DNA of 64,000 nucleotides from a virus: positions 56,877 to 120,876 of the IMG/VR virus record IMGVR_UViG_3300035666_000005; one strand, 5' to 3'. Below, piece by piece: positions 29,344 through 40,093 of the stretch. Below the pieces are notes generated by a model. It did no database searches. It had not been told where the DNA came from and saw only the letters and a list, made by a program, of their open reading frames with translations. A program made the translations under genes and the position numbers. Within the stretch, counting starts at the first letter, position 1, and every line of letters starts with the position of its first letter.

Positions 29344-30094
29344 ATAATTGCCACCCTTTATATTCTTTACGTTTTCCCTGTATCATACGACAAAATTGTG
29401 TTTTTTCTAAACCTCTTTCTCGGCAGAAATTTAAACATCCAAAACCAGCTGGAACAATTTCATTTGTTAAAGTATTTATTAGAGCTGGTCTTGGTTTAGA
29501 TTTGTTTTCAGAAATTTTTCTACATGTTTCGGATGATCGTTTACGTCCAGTATGAAAAGCGATTATTTTTGCGATACTTTCGGATGATTTTTGACGACCT
29601 ATTCCCGCAAGTCCAATTTTTCGTTTTGATTCTTCAGTATGTTTTTTTCCTAAAAATCTTTTAGCATGTTTGCTATTTGTTCCTATTTTACGCTTATGTT
29701 CTTCGGAAAGTTTTTTGCCTTTATGTGCTAGAGACATTTTACGTTTAGATTCTTCAGTCCTTTTTCTTCCTTTAAGTTTTAAAATATTTTCTGTAGAAAG
29801 TTTACCTTTACTACCGCCACCTTCTCGTAGATTATAATTATCACGTTGATTTATAAATTCTTCTGTTACTAAACATTTTTCAAAAAAATTAAGAGCTACC
29901 TGATTAACAGCAAAAAGCAATATTTCTTTTTTAAAATTATCTTTACCATATTTTTTTAACGCCTTCAAAAGGCTAGATCCACTGCCCATATATCCATCAT
30001 TTAAATTTTTTGTGGTGTGTTGCCCAATATACGTTTTTCTATTTATTAAATTTGTTATTTCATATATATAATAATATGTTTTATCAGATTCCAT
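29333..30094 (-). mobile_element. Free-standing GIY-YIG homing endonuclease with NUMOD3 repeats
   Basis: YIYEITNLINRKTYIGQH...YMGSG catalytic motif; repeated GKK(H/L)(S/T)EE.KRK(I/M) NUMOD3 motifs; likely start ATG at 30094. Confidence 0.9.
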
Positions 30095-30098
30095 AAGA

Positions 30099-30620
30099 TT
30101 ATAAAAATACCCAAACAAGTGTTGCAAATAATCCAGCTCCGCCGATTGGAACTAACAAATTATATGGTGGTGGAACAAAAGTCATAAATTGTAATCCCAA
30201 CAAAACACCGCCAGCAGCCGCAATAAGCGCAGCAATCAATTTGAGACGATGATAACGTTTAATCGCATTTGTAAATTTTTCAAGCCATTTTTGTGCTTCG
30301 GCTTGTTGTACTACACCCCATTCTTTTAAAGTAGTAATATCTTTATTTAACTTTTCAATTTGTATAAATCCATTTTTAATATTAGTATTAGCTTCATTTA
30401 AATTTTGTTTCAACTTCGCGTTTTCATTTTTTGCAATTTTTAATTCGGATTGCAATTCTTTAACTATTTGTTTTGCGTCCTGTATTGGGTTTTTAGATTT
30501 TTCTACAACAACTGGAGTTGGTTTTGGAACTGGTGTGGGCTTTGGTTTTGGTTTCCAAAATTGTCCGAAACTTGTTCCAGACAAAATTAATAATATAATG
30601 AATGGTAATAATTTTTTCAT
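30099..30620 (-). CDS. Spanin-like membrane protein (signal peptide, Pro-rich linker, coiled coil, two C-terminal TM helices)
   Basis: Sequence features and location in the lysis cassette. Confidence 0.5.
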   Translation of the reverse strand: MKKLLPFIILLILSGTSFGQFWKPKPKPTPVPKPTPVVVEKSKNPIQDAKQIVKELQSELKIAKNENAKLKQNLNEANTNIKNGFIQIEKLNKDITTLKEWGVVQQAEAQKWLEKFTNAIKRYHRLKLIAALIAAAGGVLLGLQFMTFVPPPYNLLVPIGGAGLFATLVWVFL

Positions 30621-30889
30621 TTAATTGGTTCCTTTACATTCTTAGAATTTTCTTCTTGAATTTGTTCTAATAGTTTTTCTAAACGCTCAGCGAGTGTTAA
30701 AGCTTTATCTACTTTTTCGCCAACAATTGTATTTGAATCACCGGCTTTTTCTAATTCTGTTTTTGTTTTTTCTAAAGAATTAATAACTTCTCCGGTGTTC
30801 GCAATTGGTGGCGCAGATTTTTTATGATCTGGATTCAAACATACGCATCCAGTTAAAATAAGTGTTAAAACTAATAAAAAATATTTCAT
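30617..30889 (-). CDS. Lipoprotein, spanin-like
   Basis: MKYFLLVLTLILTGC lipobox followed by coiled coil; ATGA overlap with the next gene. Confidence 0.55.
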   Translation of the reverse strand: MKYFLLVLTLILTGCVCLNPDHKKSAPPIANTGEVINSLEKTKTELEKAGDSNTIVGEKVDKALTLAERLEKLLEQIQEENSKNVKEPIK

Positions 30890-30927
30890 ATTATATATGT
30901 ACACGTAAAATAAATTATTAAAACAAT

Positions 30928-31836
30928 TTATCCCAAATCTATAACTTCATATGGAATATAATCTAATTCAAAAATTCTAAAAGCAAATTTATAAGTACTA
31001 CCAGAGATTACGTTTAAAAATATAGAGTTTCCATTTGCCTCTAACGAGCCATCTAAATTAGAATCCCCATAAAAAAAAGTTCCAGCTTCGCCACTAAATA
31101 AAAATCTAAATTGTATTCCAGTATTTTGATCGAATGTTAACGTTTTTTCATAACGCCACCCATCATAATAATAATTATAGTCTAATAGGGTTGTACCAAT
31201 TGGGCTATAATCGCTTACTAAATATCCGGTAGTATTGCTAGCCACATTCGGAGACCCGCCAGCAGTAAACTTTAATGTATTGGGATTAAAAGTAATTCTA
31301 AAATTTCCTTTAGCATTATCTGTAATCGTAATACCGTTATAACCACCCGAAAGTATGGCCGTCCCCTCTAACCCAAAGACTCCTCCCCACGTTTTATTTA
31401 CTCCGGAGCCACCAGTTCCATCCCAGAATCTATAAAAAAGATTTTGACTAACAGGTAAAAAAACTGCTCCAAAATATTTTACCCAAGAACCATTGGATGG
31501 GTTATATGATAGCATTCTTTGTTCAACCCCAAGATTGTTAAAATCAAAGGTTTGCCCACTACCTTCTACATAATAAAAATTATCAGACTGGTAATTACCC
31601 CATGTATAATTATAGTTTACATTAGAATTAATTCCGCTAGTATTCCCATCTCCCCAATCGGCAGTAATACTCCCATTAGTATAGGTAACACGAAAGTTAC
31701 TTAAAGTTTTATTAAGGGGGTTATCCGAAAATTGCCACAAGTTTCCGCTTGGTGACGGCCAAACTAGAGTTGTTCCCATGTATAAACGGCTAACAATTCC
31801 AGACCCCAAATGAAAATTATTAGCCTGTTGTAGCAT
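30928..31836 (-). CDS. Fibre partner / receptor-binding protein
   Basis: N-terminal FHLGSGIVSRLYMGTTLVW motif, PKD-like ADWGDG, two carbohydrate-binding-like modules. Confidence 0.55.
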   Translation of the reverse strand: MLQQANNFHLGSGIVSRLYMGTTLVWPSPSGNLWQFSDNPLNKTLSNFRVTYTNGSITADWGDGNTSGINSNVNYNYTWGNYQSDNFYYVEGSGQTFDFNNLGVEQRMLSYNPSNGSWVKYFGAVFLPVSQNLFYRFWDGTGGSGVNKTWGGVFGLEGTAILSGGYNGITITDNAKGNFRITFNPNTLKFTAGGSPNVASNTTGYLVSDYSPIGTTLLDYNYYYDGWRYEKTLTFDQNTGIQFRFLFSGEAGTFFYGDSNLDGSLEANGNSIFLNVISGSTYKFAFRIFELDYIPYEVIDLG

Positions 31837-31837
31837 A

Positions 31838-34800
31838 TTAACCTACAATTACATAAAAAGTTGCGGAATCTTTTGGTGAAAGCGCGTTGTATTCGGCCTG
31901 TGTTAATTTTATCATTGTAGTTATTGTATTATTACTACGGATTGCCTCTCCACTTAGGAGCACTCCCGTATTATTTACTAATAATCGCTCATTTGTTATC
32001 CATGTCCCAGATAAAATTCTATTTCTATAATCTAAAGAAATTAGTGTTGTAGTCCAATATAACTGACCTAAATTAAGATCAATTTTTCTATTTGCTCCGT
32101 CATCACCTGATCCACGTATTTCTGGAGCTATAATTACCTGATTAAAGTTTTTAACACCACTTATCGTTTGATCCCCAGTTGTATAAACAACATTTTCTAC
32201 AACACCCGCAGCGGCTTCTCCTTGAAGAAGAACTCCCGTTCCATTTACTGTTGGGCGTGAGACAAAATTTTTTGTTCCGCTTATTGTTTGATTTCCTGTT
32301 GTATAAACAATATTTTCAATAGAAGCGCTAGCACCAGCAGCTTCTCCCTGTAATAATACCCCTAATCCATTGACTGTTGGTCTTTTATTTAAAGATAAAT
32401 TACCATCAATTTTTACGTTTCCAGATATTGATAAAAATTCTAAATTTTGTGGATGCCCAATTTCGAAATTACTTTTATCAGTGGTATAAATAAGCCCACC
32501 ACCATAACCCACGCCATTAGATTGTACTTCGAAATTAGAACCTAATAAAAATATATTTCCACTTTTGTTTATCGCAGCAGCGTTTAAAAATCTTCCGTAA
32601 AGAGGTGCAACACTAGCCGCTTTGTAAGCTGCGTCAAAATCACCCAAAAATGTTTTAGATAAATTCCAACCATTTGTAGGGTTTCCAGTATATGCATATG
32701 CAATTCCCGCATTTCTTGCCAATTGGTCATCACTGCCAGCGCCAATTAATAGAATAGAACCATTACTATTCATTTTTAAAGAAGATCCGAACCCCTGTCC
32801 AGAATTAAAACCAGTGATTACTTGTTTTAAATTCCAAATACTTACAGAATTACCAGTAAATATTAAAACTGCGCCGACAGAATTATCAGAAGAAGAAACT
32901 AATGGAGAATTATAACTTGGGCCACCTAAAGCTATTATAGAAGCATCTTCACTTGCGGCTAAACTACTTCCAAATCTAGGGCCAACTGTAGACCCAAATT
33001 GACTTCCAACCGGGCTTGGAATACCTAATATTTTTTCTTTAAAAGCCCAACCATTTATTCGATTGCCTGTAAATACTGCAGCTCCTCCGGCATTATTACC
33101 ACCGTCATCATCATTTCTAGAAGTTATAATACATATTGTACCATCATAATTTAAATATGTTTGACTACCATATGCATCTCCACCTATTACTGATAATTTT
33201 TGTTTAAAATTCCAACCATTTATTGAATTACCTGTATATAGCCTAATGGATCCGTCAGCAGGATTTGGTAATAAAGAATCGAATGAACTACTAACTCCAA
33301 TAACAGAGGCGTCTTTTGAAATACCTATTGAAGTAATTCCATTATTCAATGATTCATTTAAAATAGAATCTTTTAATTCCCATTTACTATTAGAATTTCC
33401 AGTATAAATAGAAACGACTCCAGTTCTTGAAAAACTATTATTATTAAGCGTCGAACCAATAATTACAGATCCATCACCATTCATGCCGATCCTAAGTCCC
33501 AAATTATCGTCTGGAAAATTACCAGTTATTTTTTGTTTAATTTCCCAACCATTATTTTTATTTTCTGTATAAATTAGAATGGCTCCACGATTATTTGCAC
33601 CTGCGGATGGTCCACCAAAAGCAAGTATATCACCATTATCATTAAAAACTGAAAGATTGTAATTAGCAAATTCACCATCTCCAGTAATTTTTTGTAAAAA
33701 CCTATAATCTTGCTCAAAAACACCCGAATTTATTTTAAAATTATCTTTTGTTAATGCTTCGCCGCTTAAGAGAATTCCACTATTATTTACTGTTAATCGA
33801 TTGTTAAAATTTTTAATACCACTAATAGTTTGATTACCGATATTATAAACTAAATTTTGTGCGTAAATATTCCCATCTATCATTTCGTCTGCTTTAGATA
33901 AATAAATAGGATTATTAAAAGGGCATGCTACAATATATTTTGCATCTGAAGAGATAGAAATTCCCTGCCATTGAATAAGAGCTATACTTGATAATGGAGT
34001 TTTTTCTACCCAAGTTTGTCCATAATTTTGTGAAAAATGAATATTATTATTATTAGAAATAAAAATTTGATACTTTCCACATGAAGACATTCTAATTTTA
34101 TTAATTACTCTATTACTTGTTAATTTCCAAGTATTACCATAATCACTAGAAATATAAATACCATTAAAAGTTCCAGCTGTTTGAAATTGGCCATCGGAAG
34201 ACATTGCCAAATCTAAATAAGTTGTTGTTATGTTTTTTTCTGACCAGGTTTGGCCATAGTCTTGTGAAATAAAGATTTTTCCATTACCACCAGCAACAGT
34301 AATATATCTTCCATCAGAAGAAATAGCTGCACTTACCCATTGAACCGATAAATTTAAATTTCTACTACTCGTGTTTTGTATCCAAGTATTACCATAATCA
34401 CTAGAAATATAAATAAAATTACCATTACCAGCCCCAGCCGCAATTTGATATTGACCATTTGAAGATATGTCTACATAATTCCAAGATGTAGATGGACCCT
34501 TACTTATCCATGTATTTCCATAATCATTTGAAACATAAATATTTCCATTTTCAACAGAGGTTATTTGGTATTTTCCGTCAGAGGATATTCTAACGGATTT
34601 CCAATCCCTAATCTCTTGTCTCTCCCCCCAAGTTTCTCCATAATTATTAGAAATATAAATTCTACCATTACCAATGACTGCTGTTATATATTGACCATTT
34701 GAAGACATAGACACATCTGTCCATAAACGAGCGGTCTCAGTAGAAATCCAATTATCGCCAATATTAATAAGTTTTGTATTATTTTGTGTTAATTTAGTCT

Positions 34801-35095
34801 TTCCTAAAAAATTACCCCCATCATAATAACCAGTACGATTATTGCCTGTAATTTGTCCACTAGGCTGAGAAACAAAAAATAAATTATCTGATAACACAAA
34901 AGAATCAAATATTCCAGATACATTACCCGTTAATAAAAAATCTATTTCCGTAAAATCTCCGAAAGTAAGCAGTCCAGTATTTAAATATCTAGGACGATCA
35001 TAAAAATTTTTAACACCAGAAATAATTTGATCACCAACCGTATAAACAATATTTGGTGATCCAAGTGGATAATAATCTGATAATCTAAGACTCAT
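31838..35095 (-). CDS. Fibre protein with BNR/Asp-box and FG-GAP-like beta-propellers
   Basis: Repeated S.DYG.TW Asp-boxes; second propeller with FGSSL...G.V.I(Y/F) repeats; linker repeats; C-terminal LTQAEYNAL...TFYVI motif. Confidence 0.8.
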   Translation of the reverse strand: MSLRLSDYYPLGSPNIVYTVGDQIISGVKNFYDRPRYLNTGLLTFGDFTEIDFLLTGNVSGIFDSFVLSDNLFFVSQPSGQITGNNRTGYYDGGNFLGKTKLTQNNTKLINIGDNWISTETARLWTDVSMSSNGQYITAVIGNGRIYISNNYGETWGERQEIRDWKSVRISSDGKYQITSVENGNIYVSNDYGNTWISKGPSTSWNYVDISSNGQYQIAAGAGNGNFIYISSDYGNTWIQNTSSRNLNLSVQWVSAAISSDGRYITVAGGNGKIFISQDYGQTWSEKNITTTYLDLAMSSDGQFQTAGTFNGIYISSDYGNTWKLTSNRVINKIRMSSCGKYQIFISNNNNIHFSQNYGQTWVEKTPLSSIALIQWQGISISSDAKYIVACPFNNPIYLSKADEMIDGNIYAQNLVYNIGNQTISGIKNFNNRLTVNNSGILLSGEALTKDNFKINSGVFEQDYRFLQKITGDGEFANYNLSVFNDNGDILAFGGPSAGANNRGAILIYTENKNNGWEIKQKITGNFPDDNLGLRIGMNGDGSVIIGSTLNNNSFSRTGVVSIYTGNSNSKWELKDSILNESLNNGITSIGISKDASVIGVSSSFDSLLPNPADGSIRLYTGNSINGWNFKQKLSVIGGDAYGSQTYLNYDGTICIITSRNDDDGGNNAGGAAVFTGNRINGWAFKEKILGIPSPVGSQFGSTVGPRFGSSLAASEDASIIALGGPSYNSPLVSSSDNSVGAVLIFTGNSVSIWNLKQVITGFNSGQGFGSSLKMNSNGSILLIGAGSDDQLARNAGIAYAYTGNPTNGWNLSKTFLGDFDAAYKAASVAPLYGRFLNAAAINKSGNIFLLGSNFEVQSNGVGYGGGLIYTTDKSNFEIGHPQNLEFLSISGNVKIDGNLSLNKRPTVNGLGVLLQGEAAGASASIENIVYTTGNQTISGTKNFVSRPTVNGTGVLLQGEAAAGVVENVVYTTGDQTISGVKNFNQVIIAPEIRGSGDDGANRKIDLNLGQLYWTTTLISLDYRNRILSGTWITNERLLVNNTGVLLSGEAIRSNNTITTMIKLTQAEYNALSPKDSATFYVIVG

Positions 35096-35112
35096 TATTA
35101 TTTAATTTACAC

Positions 35113-35340
35113 TTATATAAAGGTATTTGTTTCTGAATTATATGTTTTATACATATAATCTGGATTATAACCAGTAATAACACAAAGCGGTTTTATATAC
35201 ATAATTCCAGTTGTTTGATTATTTTCATCAATTAAAAAACTTGGTATTGCTGGGATTGGTTCTCCAGACGTATATATTTTATACGTATAACCATCTATAC
35301 GATTACTTTTTGGATCAATAAAATATGTTACTTTTCTCAT
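35113..35340 (-). CDS. Small hypothetical protein (possible fibre chaperone)
   Basis: 75-aa ORF tightly packed after the collagen-like gene. Confidence 0.5.
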   Translation of the reverse strand: MRKVTYFIDPKSNRIDGYTYKIYTSGEPIPAIPSFLIDENNQTTGIMYIKPLCVITGYNPDYMYKTYNSETNTFI

Positions 35341-35341
35341 A

Positions 35342-37018
35342 TTAAATTATTTTACTTATAAACATAAATGGAAGATTTCCATAGGGTGGTAAATATACAG
35401 GGTATCCCCATGGCTGGTCAGGTTGACCCTGTACAATTCTTAAAGCCCCAGCATGTAAAAAATCAGCCACTACATATTGAGGAGTTGTTATTTTAAAAGT
35501 GGTAAATCCTGCACACATAGCTTCTCCATTAAAAGTTGTTGCAATTGGGCCCTGCGCAAAAGATGAAAGCACGCGAGGTCTTTGAGGGCTAAAAGGAAGT
35601 AATGGTGGAGGATTTCCGGGGCCAAACCCCACATCTAGAAGAGGATTATTTATGGTTAACCCTCCAGGGATTTCAGTATCCCAAGATCTTAATCTTGCTC
35701 TTAAAAAATCACTTGTATCTCTTAAATTATAAGAACTGTATCTTAAATCTACATTATAAACCCCAGGTTCTCTAAAATAAATATTTTTTGTAGTAGAATT
35801 ATAAGTTATAAATTTTGTATTATCTATTGTAGAAGAAATGGCAGTATAATCGGTGTTAAAATATTCAATATTATTCCAAGGTATTTTATAATTGTTAACA
35901 TCTAAACTATCAAATAGTTCATTATTATTATTTTCTTGAATACTCAAATATAATAATGGAATAACATTGTTATTATTTACAAATTGATTATTTGAATAAC
36001 TATTATCTAAAATACTTATTCTCCACCCATAGGGTTGACCCTCCCAAACTAAAATAAAATGCGCGCCTCTTATATCACAAATTAAACCAGGAAGTCCAGA
36101 AAAACCTTCTATATTATGAGTGTTACTTTGAACAATTAAATTATTTATATGAAAACTTTTATTAATATCGATAATTTCTATAATATCCCCCAACTCTAAG
36201 CCAATAACTGGCAAAGATAATGTTAAACTATTAACAGAAGTATCAACTGCAATTTTTGAATTTCTTTGTATATTTCCGGAAACATTTTGAGAAGTAAATC
36301 TTAAAATAACTGGACCAGTTGAACCTGTAGCTCCTGTTGACCCTTGTATTCCAGTTGCGCCTGTTAAACCGGTCGCGCCAGTTGCTCCAGTTGAACCTGT
36401 AGCGCCTTGTGCCCCTGGAGGGCCTTCTAAATTAATTTGCCAAGATGTAAATGTTCCAGAACCTACTACACTTGTAATATTAACAGTAAGAGAATTTGAG
36501 GTATAGTTTAAAACTATACCTTTCATAAAATTAATTACAGAATTAGCTATTATTACAGGTTGTCCTATAGAATACGCTAACCCAGTAGACACGATAAAAG
36601 TTTTTGAACCAAGTGTAATTGAATGACTTGTATTAGAAGATGTGAAATACTTATCTCCTGATAAACCAGTTGCACCAGTAGAACCGATTCCCGTTGCTCC
36701 AGTTGCGCCTGGCGTACCAGTGCTTCCAGCTGGTCCAGTAGCGCCAGTACCTCCAATAGTACCAGTAGCGCCAGTGGCACCAGTAGCGCCAGTGGCGCCA
36801 GTGGCACCAAGTCCACCACTAGCAGTACTTAATTCTTGCCAAGACGTTCCATCATAATAATAATACTTGTTCTGATTTGTTACATAAACAATAATACCTT
36901 GATAAACACGATTTGATGCAACCAACGCATTTCTAGCTGCTTCATTGGCAACAACAATTCTATTATCAAGTGGAACTTGAGAATTTAAGTTAAAATTTAA
37001 TCCTAAGGGTATAGCCAT
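35342..37018 (-). CDS. Collagen-like (Gly-X-Y) fibre protein
   Basis: Two GAT/GST triple-helix runs; VDTSVNSLTLSLP...GDIIEIID T4 gp9/10-like domain. Confidence 0.8.
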   Translation of the reverse strand: MAIPLGLNFNLNSQVPLDNRIVVANEAARNALVASNRVYQGIIVYVTNQNKYYYYDGTSWQELSTASGGLGATGATGATGATGATGTIGGTGATGPAGSTGTPGATGATGIGSTGATGLSGDKYFTSSNTSHSITLGSKTFIVSTGLAYSIGQPVIIANSVINFMKGIVLNYTSNSLTVNITSVVGSGTFTSWQINLEGPPGAQGATGSTGATGATGLTGATGIQGSTGATGSTGPVILRFTSQNVSGNIQRNSKIAVDTSVNSLTLSLPVIGLELGDIIEIIDINKSFHINNLIVQSNTHNIEGFSGLPGLICDIRGAHFILVWEGQPYGWRISILDNSYSNNQFVNNNNVIPLLYLSIQENNNNELFDSLDVNNYKIPWNNIEYFNTDYTAISSTIDNTKFITYNSTTKNIYFREPGVYNVDLRYSSYNLRDTSDFLRARLRSWDTEIPGGLTINNPLLDVGFGPGNPPPLLPFSPQRPRVLSSFAQGPIATTFNGEAMCAGFTTFKITTPQYVVADFLHAGALRIVQGQPDQPWGYPVYLPPYGNLPFMFISKII

Positions 37019-37023
37019 AATTT

Positions 37024-38145
37024 TTAAAAATCAAATGTGTAACCAAATGGGGATGCAAAAGTAACAGAAAGAGTTTTTTCTCTAACTGTATACACATGAG
37101 TTGAGCCATTTGCTAATGTAAAATTTAAATTAGATCTTGTTATCCAGTCAGAAGTATTATCGAAACCATTCTGGTCTCTAATTTCTGACAAAGACCCCCA
37201 AGATTGCGGATAGGCAAAATATAATTTTTGATTATTTGCACCAAAAAATAAAGTTTTATCAGATGGTAATTCAACTCTTTTAACAAGTTGTCCAGTAATT
37301 TGTGCCGGTGTTAAATTTGCGACACCCGATCCAAAATAAAATGGAGCTTCGAAATTTATAGTTCTTACATTACTAGTAATTTGTACAATTTGATTATTTT
37401 TATTTCTAGAATTTGCCCTCATGAATACATTATTAGAAGTATTTGTTAAATTTACAGTAACGCCAGTCGTAAAATTTACTGTAGGACTTGGTATCACAGG
37501 AACTCTTGGAGTATCATTAATAAAAGATCCTAAATTCGTAATTTGATTTATGTTTACGCTACCAGTTGTTATAGTTCCTACGAAATTAACAGTATTTAAT
37601 GTTGTTCCTAATTCATATACAATATCAAAACTGTTTAAATTAATTTTTGCTTGTACGAAAGGATAAAATAAATTATCTAAAAAAGTAGCAAGGTTATCGC
37701 CACCAGGTTCTAAATTTGTGAATCCAGGAACTTCTAAACTAATTTTTCTATTTCCATCAAAAACAGTGGAAGCTGCTCCAATCTCACCAGTCGTTGCTAA
37801 CCCAATACCATTTAAAGAAGGACGGGTGATGAAATTTTTAGTGCCACTAATAGTTTGATTGCCAATTGTATATACAACATTTTCAATAGAACCTCCTCCA
37901 CCGCCTTCTCCTTGTAGTAAAACTCCTATACCTCCAACAGTTGGTCTATTAACAAAATTTTTAGTACCACTTATTGTTTGATTGCCAGTTGTATATACAA
38001 TACCTTGAATAGGTAATCCGGCTTGTAGATTAATAAGAGATTGAGTTAATTCTATAGGTGTTATAAAAAAATTATCACCATATCCACTAATTAAATCAGC
38101 AATATCTGGATGTAATTGATTTTTTCTAATTAAACTTCTGCTCAT
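37024..38145 (-). CDS. Virion fibre/adaptor protein
   Basis: Two VYTxGNQTISGTKNFxxRP linker repeats; follows the portal gene. Confidence 0.6.
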   Translation of the reverse strand: MSRSLIRKNQLHPDIADLISGYGDNFFITPIELTQSLINLQAGLPIQGIVYTTGNQTISGTKNFVNRPTVGGIGVLLQGEGGGGGSIENVVYTIGNQTISGTKNFITRPSLNGIGLATTGEIGAASTVFDGNRKISLEVPGFTNLEPGGDNLATFLDNLFYPFVQAKINLNSFDIVYELGTTLNTVNFVGTITTGSVNINQITNLGSFINDTPRVPVIPSPTVNFTTGVTVNLTNTSNNVFMRANSRNKNNQIVQITSNVRTINFEAPFYFGSGVANLTPAQITGQLVKRVELPSDKTLFFGANNQKLYFAYPQSWGSLSEIRDQNGFDNTSDWITRSNLNFTLANGSTHVYTVREKTLSVTFASPFGYTFDF

Positions 38146-38146
38146 A

Positions 38147-40051
38147 TTAATCTAGTTTACTATGATATAATAAAATGGCTGTTTTATAATCTAAACCATA
38201 TTCAGCAGCAATTTCATTTATTTTTTCCATATTTGCATTTAATTGAACTGGTTTATTAATATAGTCATTGATTTTATTCATCCAGTCTTTTGGAGATTCA
38301 TTTGTTGCAATTGTTTCTGCAATTGTTTGAATAATTTCTTTTTGTTCTTTTGTTAATCTTTTACGATCATACTTTTCTTTTAAAGTTGTTTCCACGGCTT
38401 CAACTAAACTATCAAATTTTACTAGATTTTTGGCTACAAGATCTGCGTTAATTTTAGGTTTTACTTCCGATGCTTGAACGGTTGGCGCTGTTCTAGGCGC
38501 TTTTGTTGTTTGGGGGGTTCCGGTTCCAGCGGGGCGGCCAGTTTGTTGTTGTTGAGGTTTATTTAAAAGTGGTTGATATAAACCGTCTTCTTGAAGTTTT
38601 CGAAATTCTTGTTGAGATTCAACACTTTCTTCGGGTAGGGGTAATCTTCCAGTATCTATAGCCGTAATTCCCTCTTCTGGAGTCAGAACACCTAATTCTA
38701 TAAGCCTTGAATAAACGCGCGTTAAATTTGCGTCACTCTTAAAGTCAGCGTCTTTAAAACGTGCGACTGGCAAATTTTTAAAACCAAGATTTTTACCAAT
38801 TTTTTTCATTTCTGGTAAGATGAACTCATTCATAAATGTTTCACGCGCATGCTTTAATCTTGATAAGAATACTTCTATTTTAGTATTAGTATTGGCATAT
38901 TTTTCTTCGCCAAAAAGAACGTTATTTAAACCATAACGAATATCACGATCAACAACTTCATATTTTTTAGGATCAAGAATATTACTGATTTCTGGAATAA
39001 TAAATTTAATATTAGTTGTATAGTCAGTTACCAGAATACGGCCCACGCTTTCATTTTCGAAAATTTTTCTTAACGTTCCGATTTGTTCTTTAGTTGGCAT
39101 ACCGACTTCATCATTTCCCATTGTAACCAATAAGACCGCTTGCTGTATTGTACGGCTGATTGCCATATCCATGTTTTTAAGTTCTTGCTTCCAGTTAATA
39201 TCTTCGAGAACTGGGAAACCCATCGGGACGCTAAATGGTTCATAATCTTGTTTTTTATAAAATACTGGAATAAATCTTTCTGGATCTAATTCAAATATCA
39301 TGTATTGATTTGATTGGGTAATATTACTGGTAGTTTTTAAATCTTTTACATTTTTAACTCTTTGGGCAAGTTCTCTATCTTGTTCATTATCTGGATTCGT
39401 TAAAACTTGCATTTCAAAATCGTTTAAAACTTTAATATATTGAGGAGTAATAAATGAAGCTGATCCAATAGCTTGAATATCAGCAGGATTTAAAATAATA
39501 TATCTAACAGGAATTTCTCCGGTGCGAGCTTCTGTCGTGATTAAATCCGTAAGAACGCGCATATCTTGTTTGGTAAACTGAGCATTTAATTTGTATAAAA
39601 ATACATTTCCACTACGGAAAAATTCGCGGAAAAACATATCTTGTAATTTCCATAAATTAACACGGTCTCCCCATGCTTGGAAAAATTTACGGGATTGTTC
39701 ATTGCCACCAGTAAAATAAATAGGCGAGCAACTAAACTCGGTCATTAAATCAATAGTATTTCTAAAAATAGAAAAATTATAATAGGCTTTTTGACATAAA
39801 ATAATAGTGTCTTTAATACTTATATTAGAAGTATATTTACCATAACCGCCACCATAAATAAAAGGAATTACCCCACCTTCAATATTTGCATATTTATCAG
39901 TCCTAGAGATTGTGGATGACCTATTTCTTCTTACGGAAGTATTCACTTCACCACGACTAGCTTTGACTTCTATAGTATCTTTTGATTTTATAGACCCTTC
40001 AATTACCTGTGGTTCTGGGAACTTAATATTTTTATTGGTATTACGCGCCAT
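38147..40051 (-). CDS. Portal protein
   Basis: Directly after the terminase; portal-like pattern (IFRNTIDLMTEF...FFRSGNVF...ILNP). Confidence 0.8.
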   Translation of the reverse strand: MARNTNKNIKFPEPQVIEGSIKSKDTIEVKASRGEVNTSVRRNRSSTISRTDKYANIEGGVIPFIYGGGYGKYTSNISIKDTIILCQKAYYNFSIFRNTIDLMTEFSCSPIYFTGGNEQSRKFFQAWGDRVNLWKLQDMFFREFFRSGNVFLYKLNAQFTKQDMRVLTDLITTEARTGEIPVRYIILNPADIQAIGSASFITPQYIKVLNDFEMQVLTNPDNEQDRELAQRVKNVKDLKTTSNITQSNQYMIFELDPERFIPVFYKKQDYEPFSVPMGFPVLEDINWKQELKNMDMAISRTIQQAVLLVTMGNDEVGMPTKEQIGTLRKIFENESVGRILVTDYTTNIKFIIPEISNILDPKKYEVVDRDIRYGLNNVLFGEEKYANTNTKIEVFLSRLKHARETFMNEFILPEMKKIGKNLGFKNLPVARFKDADFKSDANLTRVYSRLIELGVLTPEEGITAIDTGRLPLPEESVESQQEFRKLQEDGLYQPLLNKPQQQQTGRPAGTGTPQTTKAPRTAPTVQASEVKPKINADLVAKNLVKFDSLVEAVETTLKEKYDRKRLTKEQKEIIQTIAETIATNESPKDWMNKINDYINKPVQLNANMEKINEIAAEYGLDYKTAILLYHSKLD

Positions 40052-40093
40052 AACTTATTATAACAGTCTATTACACTAAAATCTGATATTTTA

